Source of the DNA: Proteromonas lacertae
Taxonomy: Eukaryota
Reading direction: 5' to 3'
NCBI GenBank assembly: GCA_002245135.1
Contig: NGBS01000313.1
Span: forward strand, 62,001 to 125,487
Length of the DNA: 63,487 nt
The notes beneath the pieces were generated by a model. The model made no database searches, was not told the origin of the DNA, and was given only the letters and a program-made list of their open reading frames with translations. Shown one piece after another: positions 37,111 through 53,179 of the stretch. The position numbers and the translations under genes were made by a program. Position 1 is the stretch's first letter, and each line of letters opens with the position of its first letter.

Positions 37111-40100
37111 ATGTTGATAAAATCATTCCTGTTATTAAGCATCCTTTTGTTAGTTAGATATAGTTTTTCATATACAGTAGATATTTACTGTCCTAATAGT
37201 ACAGGCTTTAGTGTGTCATGTGAAAAGATCTTTACTAATGATAGTGTATCATTTACAACAATGGTACCAAGAGTTGTGAAAATGATAGAAGATGTTAGAA
37301 GTAGAATTGTGTTTGATCTAAGTGAGTGTGACTCTAATTTGTCTGTAGAGAGTAGTGTAATATTTAATGCAAGAATTTGCTATTCACATGAGTGTAATAA
37401 TAAAAGATACTATTCCTTATCCCCAATAAGATCATTTAAGAATCGTATTAATTTCATTTCCATATAACTGAATAGTAATGAGTATAATGAATATAGAGAA
37501 TCGATTTAGATACATAATACTCGGTGAAGAATCTGCGGAGATAATGCAAAACTCATTAGTTGAATATTTACATCGATTAAAAAGAGAAATAATTCTGAAT
37601 AAAACCACCAATACTCCTAATGAAGAATCAATTATTTTAGAATTAGAAAATGTGTATAGTGGTGATAGTAATGTAACTGTGATGATATTATTATACAGAA
37701 AAGTGAGTGTAATAGAAGATTTTATAAAAGAAAAGACAATCCAATCATTAATAAAAGATAATATAAAACTCATTACATTCAATACAATAAATGAAGAGAC
37801 AGCCAAGTTAAATCCATCAATTTATAAGAACACATATGTAGTGAATGGTTATTACAATAATTTATACCTTGGAAATGATGATATAATAAAAATGATTGAA
37901 GATGATTCAATATTCATTTCTTATTTGATGTTACACTATTTAGAAAAGAAAAGTAAATCATTTGAAAATGTTCCATTATTTTATATTCGTTCAATATTAA
38001 GTGAATTTAAATATGTTGTGAATGATTATGAGATGAGAATGAGTGAATCAAATGTGATAGAAAGAAGAATGTATTATGGTCGAGTGAATGAAGAAGGAAG
38101 AATAGTGGAAGTAATAGATTTAGAATCTAACAGTTTTGAAAGTCCTTATACTCTATTTAATGATATAAACTATAATACATGTATAAATTCTGACATAGTT
38201 GAAAGTAGAGATATATTAAGAATTGGTTTTATAAGTGAGAAGAGTTTTGATGATGATTATTATAATGAGATATATCAAGGATTTGAATATGAATTGAATA
38301 GTTATAATCAACATGTATAAATTATATATATATATATATTTATATCATAACAATTATAATTGAATAGTTAAATAAATATGACAAGCGATTTATACTGATA
38401 ATTCCACCTGCTGATTTATTATCGAATCAAATAGAATATCTAAAATCGAAAGAAGTAGAAATATATATTTATTACATGTATACTGATATGTATGAAGATA
38501 TAATTGAATGTATATAATAATATAATATAATATAATGATAAAATAGTGTTGAAAGAAGATGTATTTGTATTTACTTTTGGTTATAATTCTGGTCAAAACT
38601 GTATAAAGAATACAGCTCATATATCTTTTTTTGTTTATTTAAATGTTTTATTGTTTGTTTCTTTGATTTATTCTTTAAGTTGGTTTAACAGTTCCTACAG
38701 TATTTTCTTATTTTGTGATGTTAAATTTGGCAAAGACAGTATATATAATCTATTCTGATAGTCGGTATACTTTTAATGATTAATGTGCTTTATTGCTATA
38801 TAGATATGGATTAAATAGTTATAATTATTTAAAAATTGGCTGTAAGAATGCGAATATAATAATAAAAGATAGTTGTAAAGCGAATATGAATAATATAATA
38901 GAATGTATGAACAAAGTTGAATCAATAAATGATGATGATGATGTGAAAATAATAACCGTATTAGGAAGTGAATATAATAAAGAATTAATTATGAAGCATA
39001 ATCATGCGAAGAAAGATGTAATAATGTTTGATTTAATAATCGAAGATTATATCGATATAGATAAAGAAATAGATGGTTATTACAGTATAAGTCAATTAAA
39101 TCCATACAAATCATCATTAAAACTGTTTTCCAAATATGATGTAAAATTTTATGAATATTATGGAATATTGACTGGAAGAATAATTAAGATAGTATTAAAT
39201 ACATCTGATAGTGTAAAGGCAAGGTCATTTTATACCTATTTATCATTACCAATTGTAGAAGATAATTATTCATTTCAATTTTCTGATCAACACTTAATAA
39301 GTGATTCATTAATGTTGATAAAAATATTGAGAAAAGGCCAATATGAAGAAAAGTGTTTGAATTTGTTTAATGTTTATCAAGAAGAATTTGGTTATTTTTA
39401 TGAATCAAATGATGCAGTTTATTTATATTGTGATTGGAAATCTGAGAATAAGATAGGTAAAATGGAGGTAAAGTATATAATCATATTGAATAATCAATTT
39501 GATGAAGTTATGATGTTTCTTAACACAGTGATTGACAAATTACCATATATTGATGAAATGAGATTCAAAGTAGTAGTATTTGGCTATGATATAAAATATT
39601 CAATTGGTAGTAAAGAATATAATAAGACAATAGAATATTTGATTGATAAATATAATCCATTATTTATAGGAGGTAAAACATATGAAGAAAGAAAAGTAAT
39701 AAACAGTTTATTATCGAATTATGATATTTATTTATTTGATATATTTCCTTATATTAATGATGAATGTTTAAATAAAGTGTATCATTTAAATACCAATTCC
39801 TTCAAGAAGTTGTATGACACATTATATTATTTCATGTATAAAGGAAGAAAATATTTTTATCTAATTCTAGAAAGAACAGATATTAATGACGAAATATTCT
39901 TGGAAAAGCAGTTTAATAAGTTAAACGAATCTTATAATTCGATTGAAATATATTTTCATATATTATACAAAGATGATATAATCAATATAAATGAAAAAGA
40001 AAATAGTGTAGTGTATATGTTATTAAAATATAATAATACAAATGAAATGTTGAATAAATTAAAACAAAATGGTATAAACAACACAAATTGTGATATAATC

Positions 40101-43100
40101 CTGATGAATGATTATCCATTACATTTTTACAATTCTGAAGAAAATTCAAATTATTATTTCATTGATTCACTCTTATCTTATACAAATGGTTTAAGTTATT
40201 ATAGCCAATATTCTTTGAATTTATTACAATCAATTGATTTAAACATATTAAATGCTGATGTATTTGTAAGTGGTTATTTAAGTGTGTTAATATATGTAAA
40301 GGCATTAATATCTCAATCATTTTATCATGACAAACAGATAGGTGAATTATTACATGAAATAACAATTCCATTAAAAATGTCTTATAAAACATATTTCTCA
40401 AAAAATAATCAATTGAATTTAGTGACTAAGTTATTTAAACCATATCCATATCGAGAATATTTAATAAATTCCCATATTCATTTTGTTCCATTAGTTGATT
40501 ATGATTCGAAGATATGTGATTGTGGAAAAATGTCTTTAATATGTGTTGATCGAAAAGTAGTGAATATTGGATTTTTATATGATTCAATAAACTATCCAAT
40601 GGAATCAAAATTGTTAATAGTAACATCTAATTTGATATTAGATAATTACAATAGAAAGAGAGATAATATAAATAAAGTATATTACAAACCAATATATTTT
40701 GATATTGATAATCCCAAAGAAATCGAAAATGTGATTAAATCAATCGAATATAATAATATTAATCATATATTTGGTGGAATAAATCAAACTTATGTTGATA
40801 ATATAATTGCTTATTCCTCTAAAAAGAAAGTTCAAATTTGGTACACCAATAACAATTATGTAAGAAATGAATGTAATAAAAATGTGTTTAACTTTGGTCA
40901 ATCATTAAATGAATTATTTGAAATATTTTATGAATCACTAACCATCAATTCTATTGATTATTGTATAATAACGGATAATGAAGAAATTTATCAATCCAAA
41001 TCTTTCAACGGATATAATAATAATAATAACAATAATAAAATAATATTTATAAAAGAAGGAATATCAAATGAGATATTATTTAACAATATAATTTCCATAT
41101 TACCAAAAGGAGGTTATTTAATGATATATGTAAAACAGAGTGATTTGAAATTCTTATTAATGTTAGAAAATTATATGAACAGTTCATTTTTCAAATACAA
41201 ATATAATTATTATTTTATGAATGTCGAATATATATTTAATAAAGAATCAGAAATAATGAATAGATTATCCAATATATTTACATATTCCTTTGTAAGTGAG
41301 AATTGTTCAAGTGAATTTGTTGATTTGTTCAAATCATTTTATGGTGATAATAGCAATAAGAATAGATTTATTTACCCTTATGAGATATATGTAACAAATG
41401 CAATAATAACCTTTCTAGATTTATCCGAATCAATTGATTATAATACATCCAATATAGTCGAATATCATAAATCAATATTTGAAAGAAGATTTGTATTACC
41501 ATCAGGAGAACTTAAAATTTCTGCAGATTATTCATTTGTTTATCCTATATCTCAAGTAAAATATAAGAATAATCAATTTGTATATGGTAAAACTATCTAT
41601 ATTGATCCTGAAGTAACAATGAGTTATAATTCTAAATGTGATTTTCGAGATTCTGTTAATGTTGATAAAGAAATAATCAATATGTATTTATTATCCAACA
41701 AAGAAGAAGAATATTTTGAAATTTCATCCATTATTAATTCCTATTTGAAAGAGAGTAATAATAATACAAAATTCAAATTTTCATTGAAATTAGTACCATT
41801 TTATGATTTTGATCAGTTTAATAATTCCATTCAAAATCAACCATCGAATTCTATATATATAGGAATTCCATCAATGAAATATAAAAAAGAAATTCAGTTA
41901 ATATTGAAGAAGAAAGAAAGTGTGTTATTCTATGTAGGATATTCAGAGCCAAACAATTGTTATTCCAATATAATAAGTATAAATAATTACTTAAGTACAT
42001 ATATATTGCCAATAATACTACACATAAAAGAAAAATGTTCAAACCTAATAATTCTATACAATAAAAAGTCAAGTCTAAGTATAAGATCAGCAGAATTATT
42101 CAGAGATGAAGTAAAATATATGAATTTATCACCTTTATTATTTATAAATATAATCAACAGCGAAAGTCTAAAACAATTTATTTATGTGAATCAAAAATTG
42201 TTATTCGAACCAAATTGTATAATGAATTTTCTAGATAATAATTTCACATCCACATTAATTAATATATCTGAGAATATAGTATCTTATCCAATTAGATTAT
42301 TCAGTTTCAATGTTTATGATTATAGTTTTCCATATTCATCCTTAATACATCATTTTATAGTAACTAACTATAATCCGTTTGATAAATCAAGTGAATTGAT
42401 AGAAGAGATGAGTAGAAGAAGTGTGAGTGAATCAATAAAAACATATCCAATTGAAATATATTCCTATATGTCAGCCAAATACATATGTGATTATGTATTA
42501 AATCTAAAATCATCTGAATTTTTAGTGAATGAATTACTGAAGAAAATAAATGATATAGAAATATTACACCCTAATAATTTGAAAGTGAGAATAAACAATG
42601 CTAATTATTTAAATCAACCATTATTTATTCTATATCAGAAATCTGCTGGATTTGATTTTATTGAATCCTTCAGTATAAATGAAGAGACGGAAACATCTCC
42701 ATATCCTCTAAGAAGAAGATTGGTTTGTTCATTTAATGATGATAATGATGATGAAATAATAATTGAACCAATCAGATTTGGTTATATATACAGTCTAAGT
42801 AAAAATGAAATAACATCTGAAAGTTACAAGATATTATTAAATCAAATATTATCTTTATCTCACTTATCATTATTATATCCATTTATTAAAAGAGTAGGAA
42901 TAGAATATCATTTATATAATATTGAGAATGATGATAAGAAATGTGAAGATGGATTATTATATATGTCAAATCGAAATGTAGAATATTTGTTTAGTTCAAA
43001 TGATAATGAATGTTATAACGCCATATCCAAATTAATATCCAATTATCCTCAGATGATATATTTCTATTCTGGTTATACTTATTATAATGAATGTGGAAAA

Positions 43101-46100
43101 CAAATATTCTATACTGAATTATTGCCAAGTCAAATATTTCCTAGTTTATTAAGTGTTGTGGATTTTATGAAAATAGATGGTTCATTTGTTATTTATGATA
43201 ATGATAATATTCCATCTATTCAATATAAAACAATATTGGAGAATATAATATCAGAATATCATTTTAAAGTGAATGATTATATAGATAGAAATGATATTGA
43301 TAAATATAAATCCTATAATTAATAAATATAAGAATAATGCCTATATTTATGTAGGGAGTTTTGAATGTTTTAGTGAAGTTGTAGCTGATTTTAGATTAAT
43401 TGTTGGTGATGATGTATACTATTTACTATTTGCATCAACCAATCAATATTCTCTACCAGATTCATTTGTACATGATAAAAATTTGTATTTCTTCTCTTCA
43501 CCAATTTATGGAGATGAATATTTCGATGAATTTTTATATAAATATTCAATGAATAAAAGTGAACATATATTCAATTTAGAAACAACGTATATAAGTCATC
43601 GAATAATATTTGATATACTAAATGAAACAAATGTGAAAGATATTCACAACCGAAGTATATTCTTTAATAATATTTATTCAAAGAAGATAAAAGCGAATGG
43701 AAAAGAAATCTATTTCAATGGTAATAATAACATAAATCGACCATTACTAGTGAAATGTAACAATAATATATATAAAGAATTTACATATTTTATTGAATCA
43801 AGAATAAACAACACATTAATCTGTAAATTTGATGAAGATTTAAAAGTGGTGAATATGTTAATCTTAATAGATGAATATGAAGAGAAACTATATTTATATG
43901 AATTTATAAATATTCTGCTAAGTAATATGAACAGTGTGAAAGAACATATCTATTTCAATCAATCTTATGGATTATTCAATGAAAGTACATGTGATGAAAG
44001 TCTGAATAATTATTATGATAATCTAAACTATGATTTATTATTATACATATCTCCAAGAGTATTATATTGTAAAGACAATTTTATAAATCAAAATTCAAAT
44101 AAACCAATATTCATAATAACTAACAATGAAACTGAAACCTGTAAAGATAATATCTATATAAATGGAATGATAATTGAAGAATACATCAGTCCTTATTTGA
44201 CATATTCAATAAATGAAATAGTAAAAGTTAATTCTACAAAACTAAATAAATACCATGAAAAGTCTTTCTATTTAGTATTTTGGATTAGTGAAGAATATAA
44301 AAAGTATTTTGAAAATTTTATAAAAGAATTGAAGATACATTATGAATTAATGTATATCATATTTAGTAATGATTTTGATGAATTTATAGAGTATATCAAC
44401 ACATTAAGTGATTATTATATTCTTGCTTTTGCTGAACAGAGTGAAGAATTGATAGTTCAATTTTATAATTATCGTTTTGCATCACAAATAATAGTTTATA
44501 AATTGACATTTATGACTCCTACAATAACTAGTCATTCTGTTTCTGTTAATTCAATAAAGAGTTATGAAAATGAAAAGGATGATAATGATATATCATCTGC
44601 AACATTTTATAGAATGATGGATGATGCAAAAGGTTATTATGGCTTTTCATATGGTATTCAAGATTTTAGTAATTATATACCATCGATATATTCTACATTA
44701 TTATTTATAAAAGAAATAATGAGAATTAGTGATAGTGTAAAATATGATAAATATAAACAGTATTTATATGAAACAGAAATCGATTCTGTAGAAGGAAAAG
44801 TGAGATTAGATAAGAATAATATATTTAAGAAAAAATACTACTACGTAGATTTAAAATTAGTTATATATAGAAATGATTTCATATATTACAAAACTGAGAA
44901 TTATGAATGTAATATAAAGGAAAATAATGGTTTAATCCAAGTATTTCCATTATATGTTGGTTTATTTTTCTCTTATAATAATAAAACATCTTTTTTATCA
45001 ATTAATACAATATTGGATAGAATGTATATGTTAAGGAAAACAGTTCATATTCTAAAGAGATATTATATTTATCCTATTTATGGATCCTATAAACCTAATA
45101 GTAATTACACTGATGTATTTTTATCATTTTTGAATAATACAAAAGAAGATATATCAGTAATCTTTTTGACAATTCCTAGTAATGTTGATCCAAAAATAAT
45201 GGAAAAGATTTGTGATGAAAAGAAATTATTAATATTCAATATTGATTATTCAGTAAATGTGAATAGTAGATACTTTATAAATTCTGGTTTATCAATCAAT
45301 GTATATTCCAATTTTTTGTTTAAAAACACAATAAAGAAATCAACATTTATTTATATATTGGGAGATGAAAGTAGTTTCAAATCTTACAGACAATTATTTG
45401 ATTTATATGACAGTGCAAATATCAATTACACATTAATAGATATTGATTATCTTAATTCCGTAGGATTGGATTATCTTTCAGATTTAGTTATAAGATGTGA
45501 TGAATATTCAAAAGGACATTATTGTTCATTTGTAGTGTTAGTTACATATCGAGAAGCTTATTTCATTCCATCATTTTTTAATAGCAATCCTATGTATAAA
45601 GAGAATATGACATTTTTTATAGGAGAAATGGATCATTGGGATCCAGATTTTAGATTTTTAGATGGTTGGAATTATATTACAACATATTTTCATACATTTG
45701 ATGAAAGTAATTTAGATATAGTTGGAAAAGATGCAGCTGAATATAATGAATATATATTAAATACTCCATCTGGTCAATATGTTGATTTTTCTTATTCATA
45801 TCAAGAAATTGTTTATTCAACAACAGATATTTATATTCAAACTCTAAATAAAAGTATATCAATAAAACCTGATGTAGTAATTAATAATTTATATTACAGT
45901 GAATTTCATTCAGCTTCAGGAAGATTATATATAAGTGATAAGAATAGTGTAGAAAGAAGATTGTTCACAGGAGTATTTAATTATTCTACTAATTCATTTG
46001 ATATAAAATCCTACACATCAATCCTTTCTGCTTCATTATATGATAATTCATATTATACAAATATCACATATATTGGCATTTTATTAGATTATGATGAAGA

Positions 46101-48359
46101 TCATGAATTATTATCTAGAATCTTGTTATTATCAATAAATGAATTAATACTTGATGAAAATGCAAATGGAAAACAATATAAATCCAAATTATACATATTA
46201 TATCATAATGAAAATGACACAAGAATAATGACTGAATTGATAAATGATGATAAAGTGAATTTTGTGATGGGTTGTATTTCATTATACTGCAATGATTTAG
46301 TAATAAAATCAATGAAAAATAGAAACAACAAACTATTCTTTAGTTCAGTTGAAACTGAAAATCCAATTTGTGAAAAACATGTAATTAGTTCATCGTTATC
46401 ATTAAATGACAAAGTGAATATAACATTGAAATATTTGAAGATAGCTAAAACATCTAAAATAATATATTTATATGAAAAGCCATACCAATTAGAATTTATA
46501 AATGAAATGAATAGAGAAATGGACAGTGAAACAGAATCAATAATAATAGATGTTAATGAAAAGAGATTTGATAATTCAAGTTATATAGATTCATTATTGA
46601 ATAAAATTATAATGTAGTAATTCTGAATCTGTTGAAAGAATCGAGATTGAAGTCTTTTTTAGAGATGTATATTAAATCAAAATATACTGAAAATGTATTT
46701 AATCATATATTATACTATTATGATTATTATTATATTGGAAAAGAATTGAAAGAGAAATTGAATAACTTTATCATATTATCATCTTATAGTGGAGATACTC
46801 GTGATATGTCAGTGTTTCTATTTGAACAATATTTCCATGATCGTTTAGGTTCAGAATTAGTAATATCTCCAGAAATAGCTTCAGCTGATTGTTTATTTAA
46901 ATTGTTAGTATCATCTTATAGTGAAGCAATGAAAGTGTTAATCAATAATAATATTGATTTTAGTGGAGAAAATATAGTTGAATATACTCAAATATTGTCT
47001 CAAAGTATGTCAATGAATTGTGGACTTGGAAGGATCAAAGGAACAATGTCAAACACATTAAGTCATCAATTATATTTGAGTGAGATAAGTCAAACCAATA
47101 ACTTTATCAAAATGTATCCTGATTGGAGTATAATGATTGAACCATATAGTGATTTGAATAAAGAAAGATGTTATAATGGTCCAAGAATAGTAAATTATGA
47201 ATATAGTGAGAATACATTGATAATTGTATTAAGTGTATTTATAATCTTCACATTATTCTATATAATGTTATTGATACTGATAATTCGAAACAAACAACAA
47301 CATATAATAAAAAGATCAAGTTTAATTATTCTGATATATGCCATAATATCCAATTATCTAATTCTGATAATGTCAGTTGTAAAGAATTTCAATATGAATA
47401 ATGATTGGTTATGTAAAATTTATGATACATTTACAATTGCATGTGTGATTAATGCTATGTTGACAATTGTATTAAAATCTTGGAGAATTCATCTTATATA
47501 TAATAATAGCAAGATGCAAAGAGTAAGAATAACTAGTAAATCAATAATAATATTGTGTTTATCCTTAACATTGATGTGGATATTATATAGTTTATTAAGT
47601 GGTTTGATATATGATTTTGGTGTAGTAAAAATGAGTTTTTCTTCTGAATATAGTAATGAAGTGAAAGAAGTATATATAACTACCTGTTCATATAATGAAG
47701 TATATGATGTGATTGAAATGTTAATAATTTATACAATAGCAGGAGTTGGTATTTACTTTTCATGGTCAACAAGAAAAGTAGGTGATAGTTACAGTGAATC
47801 ACATGCTTTAATAACTTCAATATTCTTCATTTGTGTATTTATATTAGCTTATTTCAGTATATCTACAATGATAATGAATAATCCAGATGATCGATTGTTG
47901 TTTGATATTATTAGTTTAGGATTTGCAGGAATATTCTGTATTTGTTTAATGGTAATTCCAAAAATATATAATATCTACTTTCATACTGAAAAAATATCAA
48001 AGAATTTATGTTGTTTTAGTATAACGAAAGTATTTCCAGCTTCTGATACAACAACAACATCTTCTCCTCCAACCTCTTCAGAGCAACATCAACCTAATGT
48101 AGAAGTGAATAAAGAAAAAGAAGAAAATGTGAAAGAAGAGAATAGAAATAATGACAATAAAGAATCAGAAATGAAAGTAAGTCATATAAAAATCAACACA
48201 TTATGTGAGAATGGAAGTAATAATATCAAAATCACAATAAGAAATAATATAATTGATTTGAATAAGTATTTAGATAAGAATAATTCCAATTCATTTAATT
48301 CATCGACAAATAATGAAATTCCTGAGGAAACTAAAGAAAAGAAGATGATTATTGAATAA
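37111..48359 (+). CDS. Giant class C (GABA-B-like) GPCR with ~9 tandem periplasmic-binding-protein-like domains
   Basis: Signal peptide, then consecutive + strand ORFs (37111, 37478, 38546, 38793, 43291, 46632) separated by introns or 1-nt shifts. C-terminal 7TM with LKSWRIHLIY, WSTRKV..YSES and VIPKIY (7tm_3 motifs). Repeating F-Y-x4-E-x2-C-x2-N-I motif. Confidence 0.7.
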
Positions 48360-48414
48360 TGTTATATTCTTTCAATGATTATATTGTGTTTTTCTTTTCT
48401 TTTAAATAAAAAAT

Positions 48415-49935
48415 TTAACATGAATTGTGTAAAGAATTATAATAATTATTTAACTGCTCAACAAATCCATTATTTGGATTTATAATTGATCTGTTCTTAT
48501 GAACAAAAGAAAAAGATGTTTCATAATCCCAATTATACTCTTTCATACAATAAGCAATTACAATTGATGCAGATCTACTTACTCCGTACTATTAAATAAC
48601 AAATTGAGATTTACTATTATACTTGGCAATGAACTAATATATTATATCCACTCTTTCTGGCTGTTTCAATATACTCTAAACATTCATTAAGTGATGGTAA
48701 AATATCTTGTTTTGGATCATCATATAACTCCACTGATTTATATTTAATAAAATCAGTAAATGTTGTAGTTTTGGCTTCTTTAGCTACATTTAAAATAAAC
48801 CCAATATTATTGTTAATTAATTCTACTCTATTATTAGCATTCCATTGACTTCCTAAATACAAAAATGACAAAATCTAATAACAAGAAACAGAAATAAAAT
48901 ACTTTAGATGGTGGTTCTAGCTGACAAACACAATTCACAACTTGTTCATTGATAAACTGTCTAAAACTCTTTAAATTTCTTTTTAGTTTCTTTTCTAACT
49001 CATTTCTTATCTATTATAATAATAATATTATTAAAAATATACAGCAAATGATGTTACTTTTTCTATTTCTGTATCATTCATTTTTCTAATTATTAAATTA
49101 ATATAATCTATCAATTCATCTTCAAATGTACGTTCATATGTAGGTATGACTCTTTTAATTGGTTTTCTACTTTCCAAATCACTAATCCATTGAGAATAAT
49201 TAAAAGTTGGTGAAGTTATTGGATCAGAATTATGAATCAATTTCAGTAGTATTGTATGTAATTCCCATGTGTCTGATAGTGATTTTAATTTGATGATTAT
49301 TTTATCATTACATGAATCATCAACTGCTGATGATTGTATGAGACTTATTTTTGTTCCTGACATTTCGATTGAAAAATCATTACACAGAGTAATATAATGT
49401 AAAATATTCATTTTTACTATTATACATTAAACTATTATAATAAATATACAATGATCTACAGTTACAAATAAGAGAAAATTGTATGGCTGTGACTTTTTTG
49501 ATATTATCATTATTTCACAAGGTGAATATAATTCATTTGAAGTGTTTTCAGTAATATCAGCACTATTAATTGAACAAATATATTTACATATTTCATCTTG
49601 ATTTAAAAAACGATTAATCCAATCAGCTACTTCATATACTTCTTCACAATATGTTGTAAGATTAACAAATTTTATATTATCTTCTAATATTGTTGTAGAT
49701 ATATACTATTATCACAATAATTTTAACAAAATACTGTTGGAGTACCTGGAGTTACTAATTTAGCTTCTTCTTTAGCTTTATGACCAAGAAATTTCAAAAA
49801 TTGAATTACTGGACTATTCTGATTTGTTTTTGATTTTTCTTTGAGTTTTTCTGCTAAATTACCAGCAACAAAGGAATGATCAAATGCAAAATCTAAAGAA
49901 CCTACTCTATCATGAAACTTTGATCCAAAACTCAT
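48415..49935 (-). CDS. Dual-specificity protein phosphatase (multi-exon)
   Basis: LYLGSQWNA..FILNVA, ILVHCQ|YGVSRSASIVIAY, RSIINPNNGFVEQL. Linkage of the 5' exons is inferred. Confidence 0.8.
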
Positions 49936-50067
49936 TTTTTAGATTTTTAAATTCATAAAACAATTGAGGATTAGTTAAAAAAATAATTTTGAAAATCAAG
50001 CTGAAGTTTGAGAAAATTATGTCATTCCCTATACAAAACAAAAACAATAATATATCATTATTCTTGA

Positions 50068-50663
50068 TTAATATATTGGATAACCTTGAGGTGGAGAAAC
50101 ATAATACTGTTGCTGTTGAGGAGGAAGGAGGAGGTTGAGTTCCATAATACTGAGGTTGTTGTTGTTGTTGTTGGTTTGGATCAGCATAATAAGGTTGTTG
50201 AGGAGGAGGTTGAGAAGGAACATAATAGACTATCGGTGTATTAGCAGAATTGCCTTGTTGATAAACAGGTTGATCTGTTTGAGGTATTGGATATCCTTGT
50301 GGTGGATATGCTTGTGGTTGTGGATAACTTTGAGGATATTGACCTTCCATTTCCACTTCAACATTCTCTTCTCCATTATTGCTATTAATTCTACTTGGTT
50401 TTCTATACACTACGAAATAAACAACTGTGCAAGAACAAATACAACAGCAAATTATAATTATTAGTACTACAATAACAACAATCACTCCTAAAGCCAATGC
50501 TGAACTATCATCAATATCAGTTGAGTTATATGGAGGACTATATGATTGAACAAGTGGATTTGTAATATATTCAGCAGTTAAAACATTATAACTTTTAGAT
50601 GTTTCATCTATTCTATCATAATAATCACCTGTTATTACAAGATTAAACAACTATTCACATTAT

Positions 50664-50711
<48 letters not shown>

Positions 50712-53179
50712 TATATATACTTGTTCTTTTGATAATTCATAACATGTTACTTCAATTGTCAATTCTACTCTGATCACCCTTTATAAAGTCTTGGAGGAAT
50801 TGTTATTACTTCAACGTTATTGTAACGATCTGGATACACTAAACCATTTGGATATATTATTGTGTCGTTTATTTCCACTGTTAAATCCAAGTCATTCAAT
50901 ACAAAGCTTCTTGAAGTCTTCTTCACTGGTGGATCATTCCACACTAATGTCACTTTGAACTTTTGCTTTGGATTATAATATACAGTTTTAGTGTATTTAT
51001 CTCTTTTAGTATAGAATCTATTATTATCTTTTATCAATTCTAATCGAAAGTGAGGATTATCTGCAAAATACAAAACCTTATCTAAAGAAGCAATTCCAAA
51101 TCCTTGTTTATGATTTGGCCATTCTTTGAATGTAACTTTTGCTCCTTGTTTTGTATAATATCCTTTTGCATTTTCACCACTATGAATTAACATTGCTTTT
51201 ACTAATGAAGAGGTTGGAGTAAACCCATTTCCTGATACTTTTGTTCCTGTTGGATAATATCCTTCCTGTAAATACTGTTCAATAATTGCAACAGCAGAAG
51301 CACCTAATGGAGTAGCCATTGATGTACCAGATTTAGTAACTACACAACAACTATTATAATCAACTGGATTATTTTGTGAAGCAGCAGAAGACCAAATTTC
51401 ATCTCCCATGAATGAAATATCTGGTTTTATTCTATCATCATTAGTAGGTCCTTGAGATGAAAAATATGTTATATAATATTTTGTACTACATTATAAATGA
51501 TAAAACATAAATATACTCTCTTGTGGTTGCATAGTATTGATGACTTGCTCCAACAGTAATTATATTTTTTCCTTGTGCTTGAGAGTCTATAGATATACCT
51601 CTAGGAAGAAATTAGATTAAAAAAATACGATAATTCACCTTCATTACCTGCAGCAAACAAAATGACCATATGCGGATTATTATATGCATATTCATCTATA
51701 CTATATGTTTCCATGCTATATTTGTAATATTCAGCTCCCCAACTGTTACTAGATATAATACTGCCATAATCCTTCATTCTATCAAAGTATTTTGATAAAT
51801 CTTCTGGAACTGTCAATCCATCATCTTTCACTTGTATATCAATAAATGCAATTTTACTATCTTTAGCTAAAGAGTAAATAATGTAATAAAAGAAAATATG
51901 ATTGAATTAATATATTGAAAAATGATATATTCGCTTCACTATCTTCATTTTGTAATGCACCAGCAGCTATTCCACAAACATGTGTTCCATGTCCGTCTCT
52001 ACAAATATAAACAATATATATATGAATTTATTATTATACTTTATATCACTTTTATCACCCCATGTACTTTCATATCCTTGTACTTTTCTATGATTTGACA
52101 GTTTAGTGTTATATTGTATTGATGCTGTTGTATCTCTAAATAAACAGTGAGACGTATCTAAACCAGTATCACCTATTCCAATTACTATATTCTTTCCAGT
52201 TAACTTATTTCCTAAATACTTTACACCAGTACTAAAGCTCTCTGTATATCTGAAATGATTATAGGCTTGATTAGCTATACAAAACAATAAAATAAAAAAT
52301 ATATTAATAGATACATTTCACTCCACATATTTTACTATTATTGTGTGAAGATCTTAGTGTATTATGTTTTATCTTCAATTTTGGATCTATTGATTCAATC
52401 ATTGGTTCTAATAGTATGTAACTTAATACTTCATCTTCATTTTCATCGTTTATTGATAACCTAATATAAGTATCAGAAGTATAATATTCAGAGAGAGATG
52501 AGTGCAATATTCGATAGTTAACAGAGTTAAGATTTCTCTTTAATAATTTATTTTCTCTTACCTTTTTGAAAGTATTTCTGTTGTTTTTCATCAATTTTAG
52601 TATGTTTTCATAATTAATAACTGATTTGTCTTTTTCACTTTTGACCTTTTTTGTCTTATAAAGCTTGGATGATTGTAGCTCATCAACATAGAAATCTACT
52701 CCATTCATTATCATATTCTTTTCTTCCTTGTTAGAATTATCTCGAAATTTAATAACATATTCATCAGATATTTTATCTAATGTCAATAGCTTTATAAGTA
52801 AGCTCAACTCTTCATACTCGAAACTACAACTTGGATGATTTGTAAAATAGTCTTTTATCTTATTTTCATATGTATAAAAAATCATAGCACTTCCTTTATC
52901 ACCTTTTATAAATTCTCTTCTTCCCAGTTCCTTTTCAAGATCTTCATTCAACACACAATCTGTTTTTACAACATACTCTTTGGGATCACTTGTAATATTG
53001 TAAAATGATTCATAATACTATATCAGAATAAATAAATAGTAAATGATTGAATGTAATACTCTATAAAATAATTTAGTATTCTCCTCATTTATATTGATAT
53101 AATCAATGTAGAATGGTTTTGCATCTGAAAAATGCACTAAAGCGATAGAGCAAATGAATAACAGAAATAGTTTTTTCAT
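50068..53179 (-). CDS. Membrane-anchored subtilisin-like S8 protease (KP-43/TagC type), copy 1
   Basis: Signal peptide MKKLFLLFICSIALV; IGDTGLD, GHGTHVCG, SNSWG, FAAGN, SGTSMATP; TLVWNDPP..NDLDL; TM helix, Cys cluster and P/Q/Y-rich tail. A 1-nt shift near 50126 gives the end YVSPPQGYPIY*. Confidence 0.88.
50671..50719. repeat. (TA)n microsatellite inside a subtilase intron
   Basis: About 20 TA units between the splice sites. Confidence 0.9.

Noticed and set aside
49910..50067. Hydrophobic C-terminal extension of the subtilase ORF overlapping the DUSP start
   Set aside because: Explained by a 1-nt shift near 50126; the corrected frame ends at 50068.
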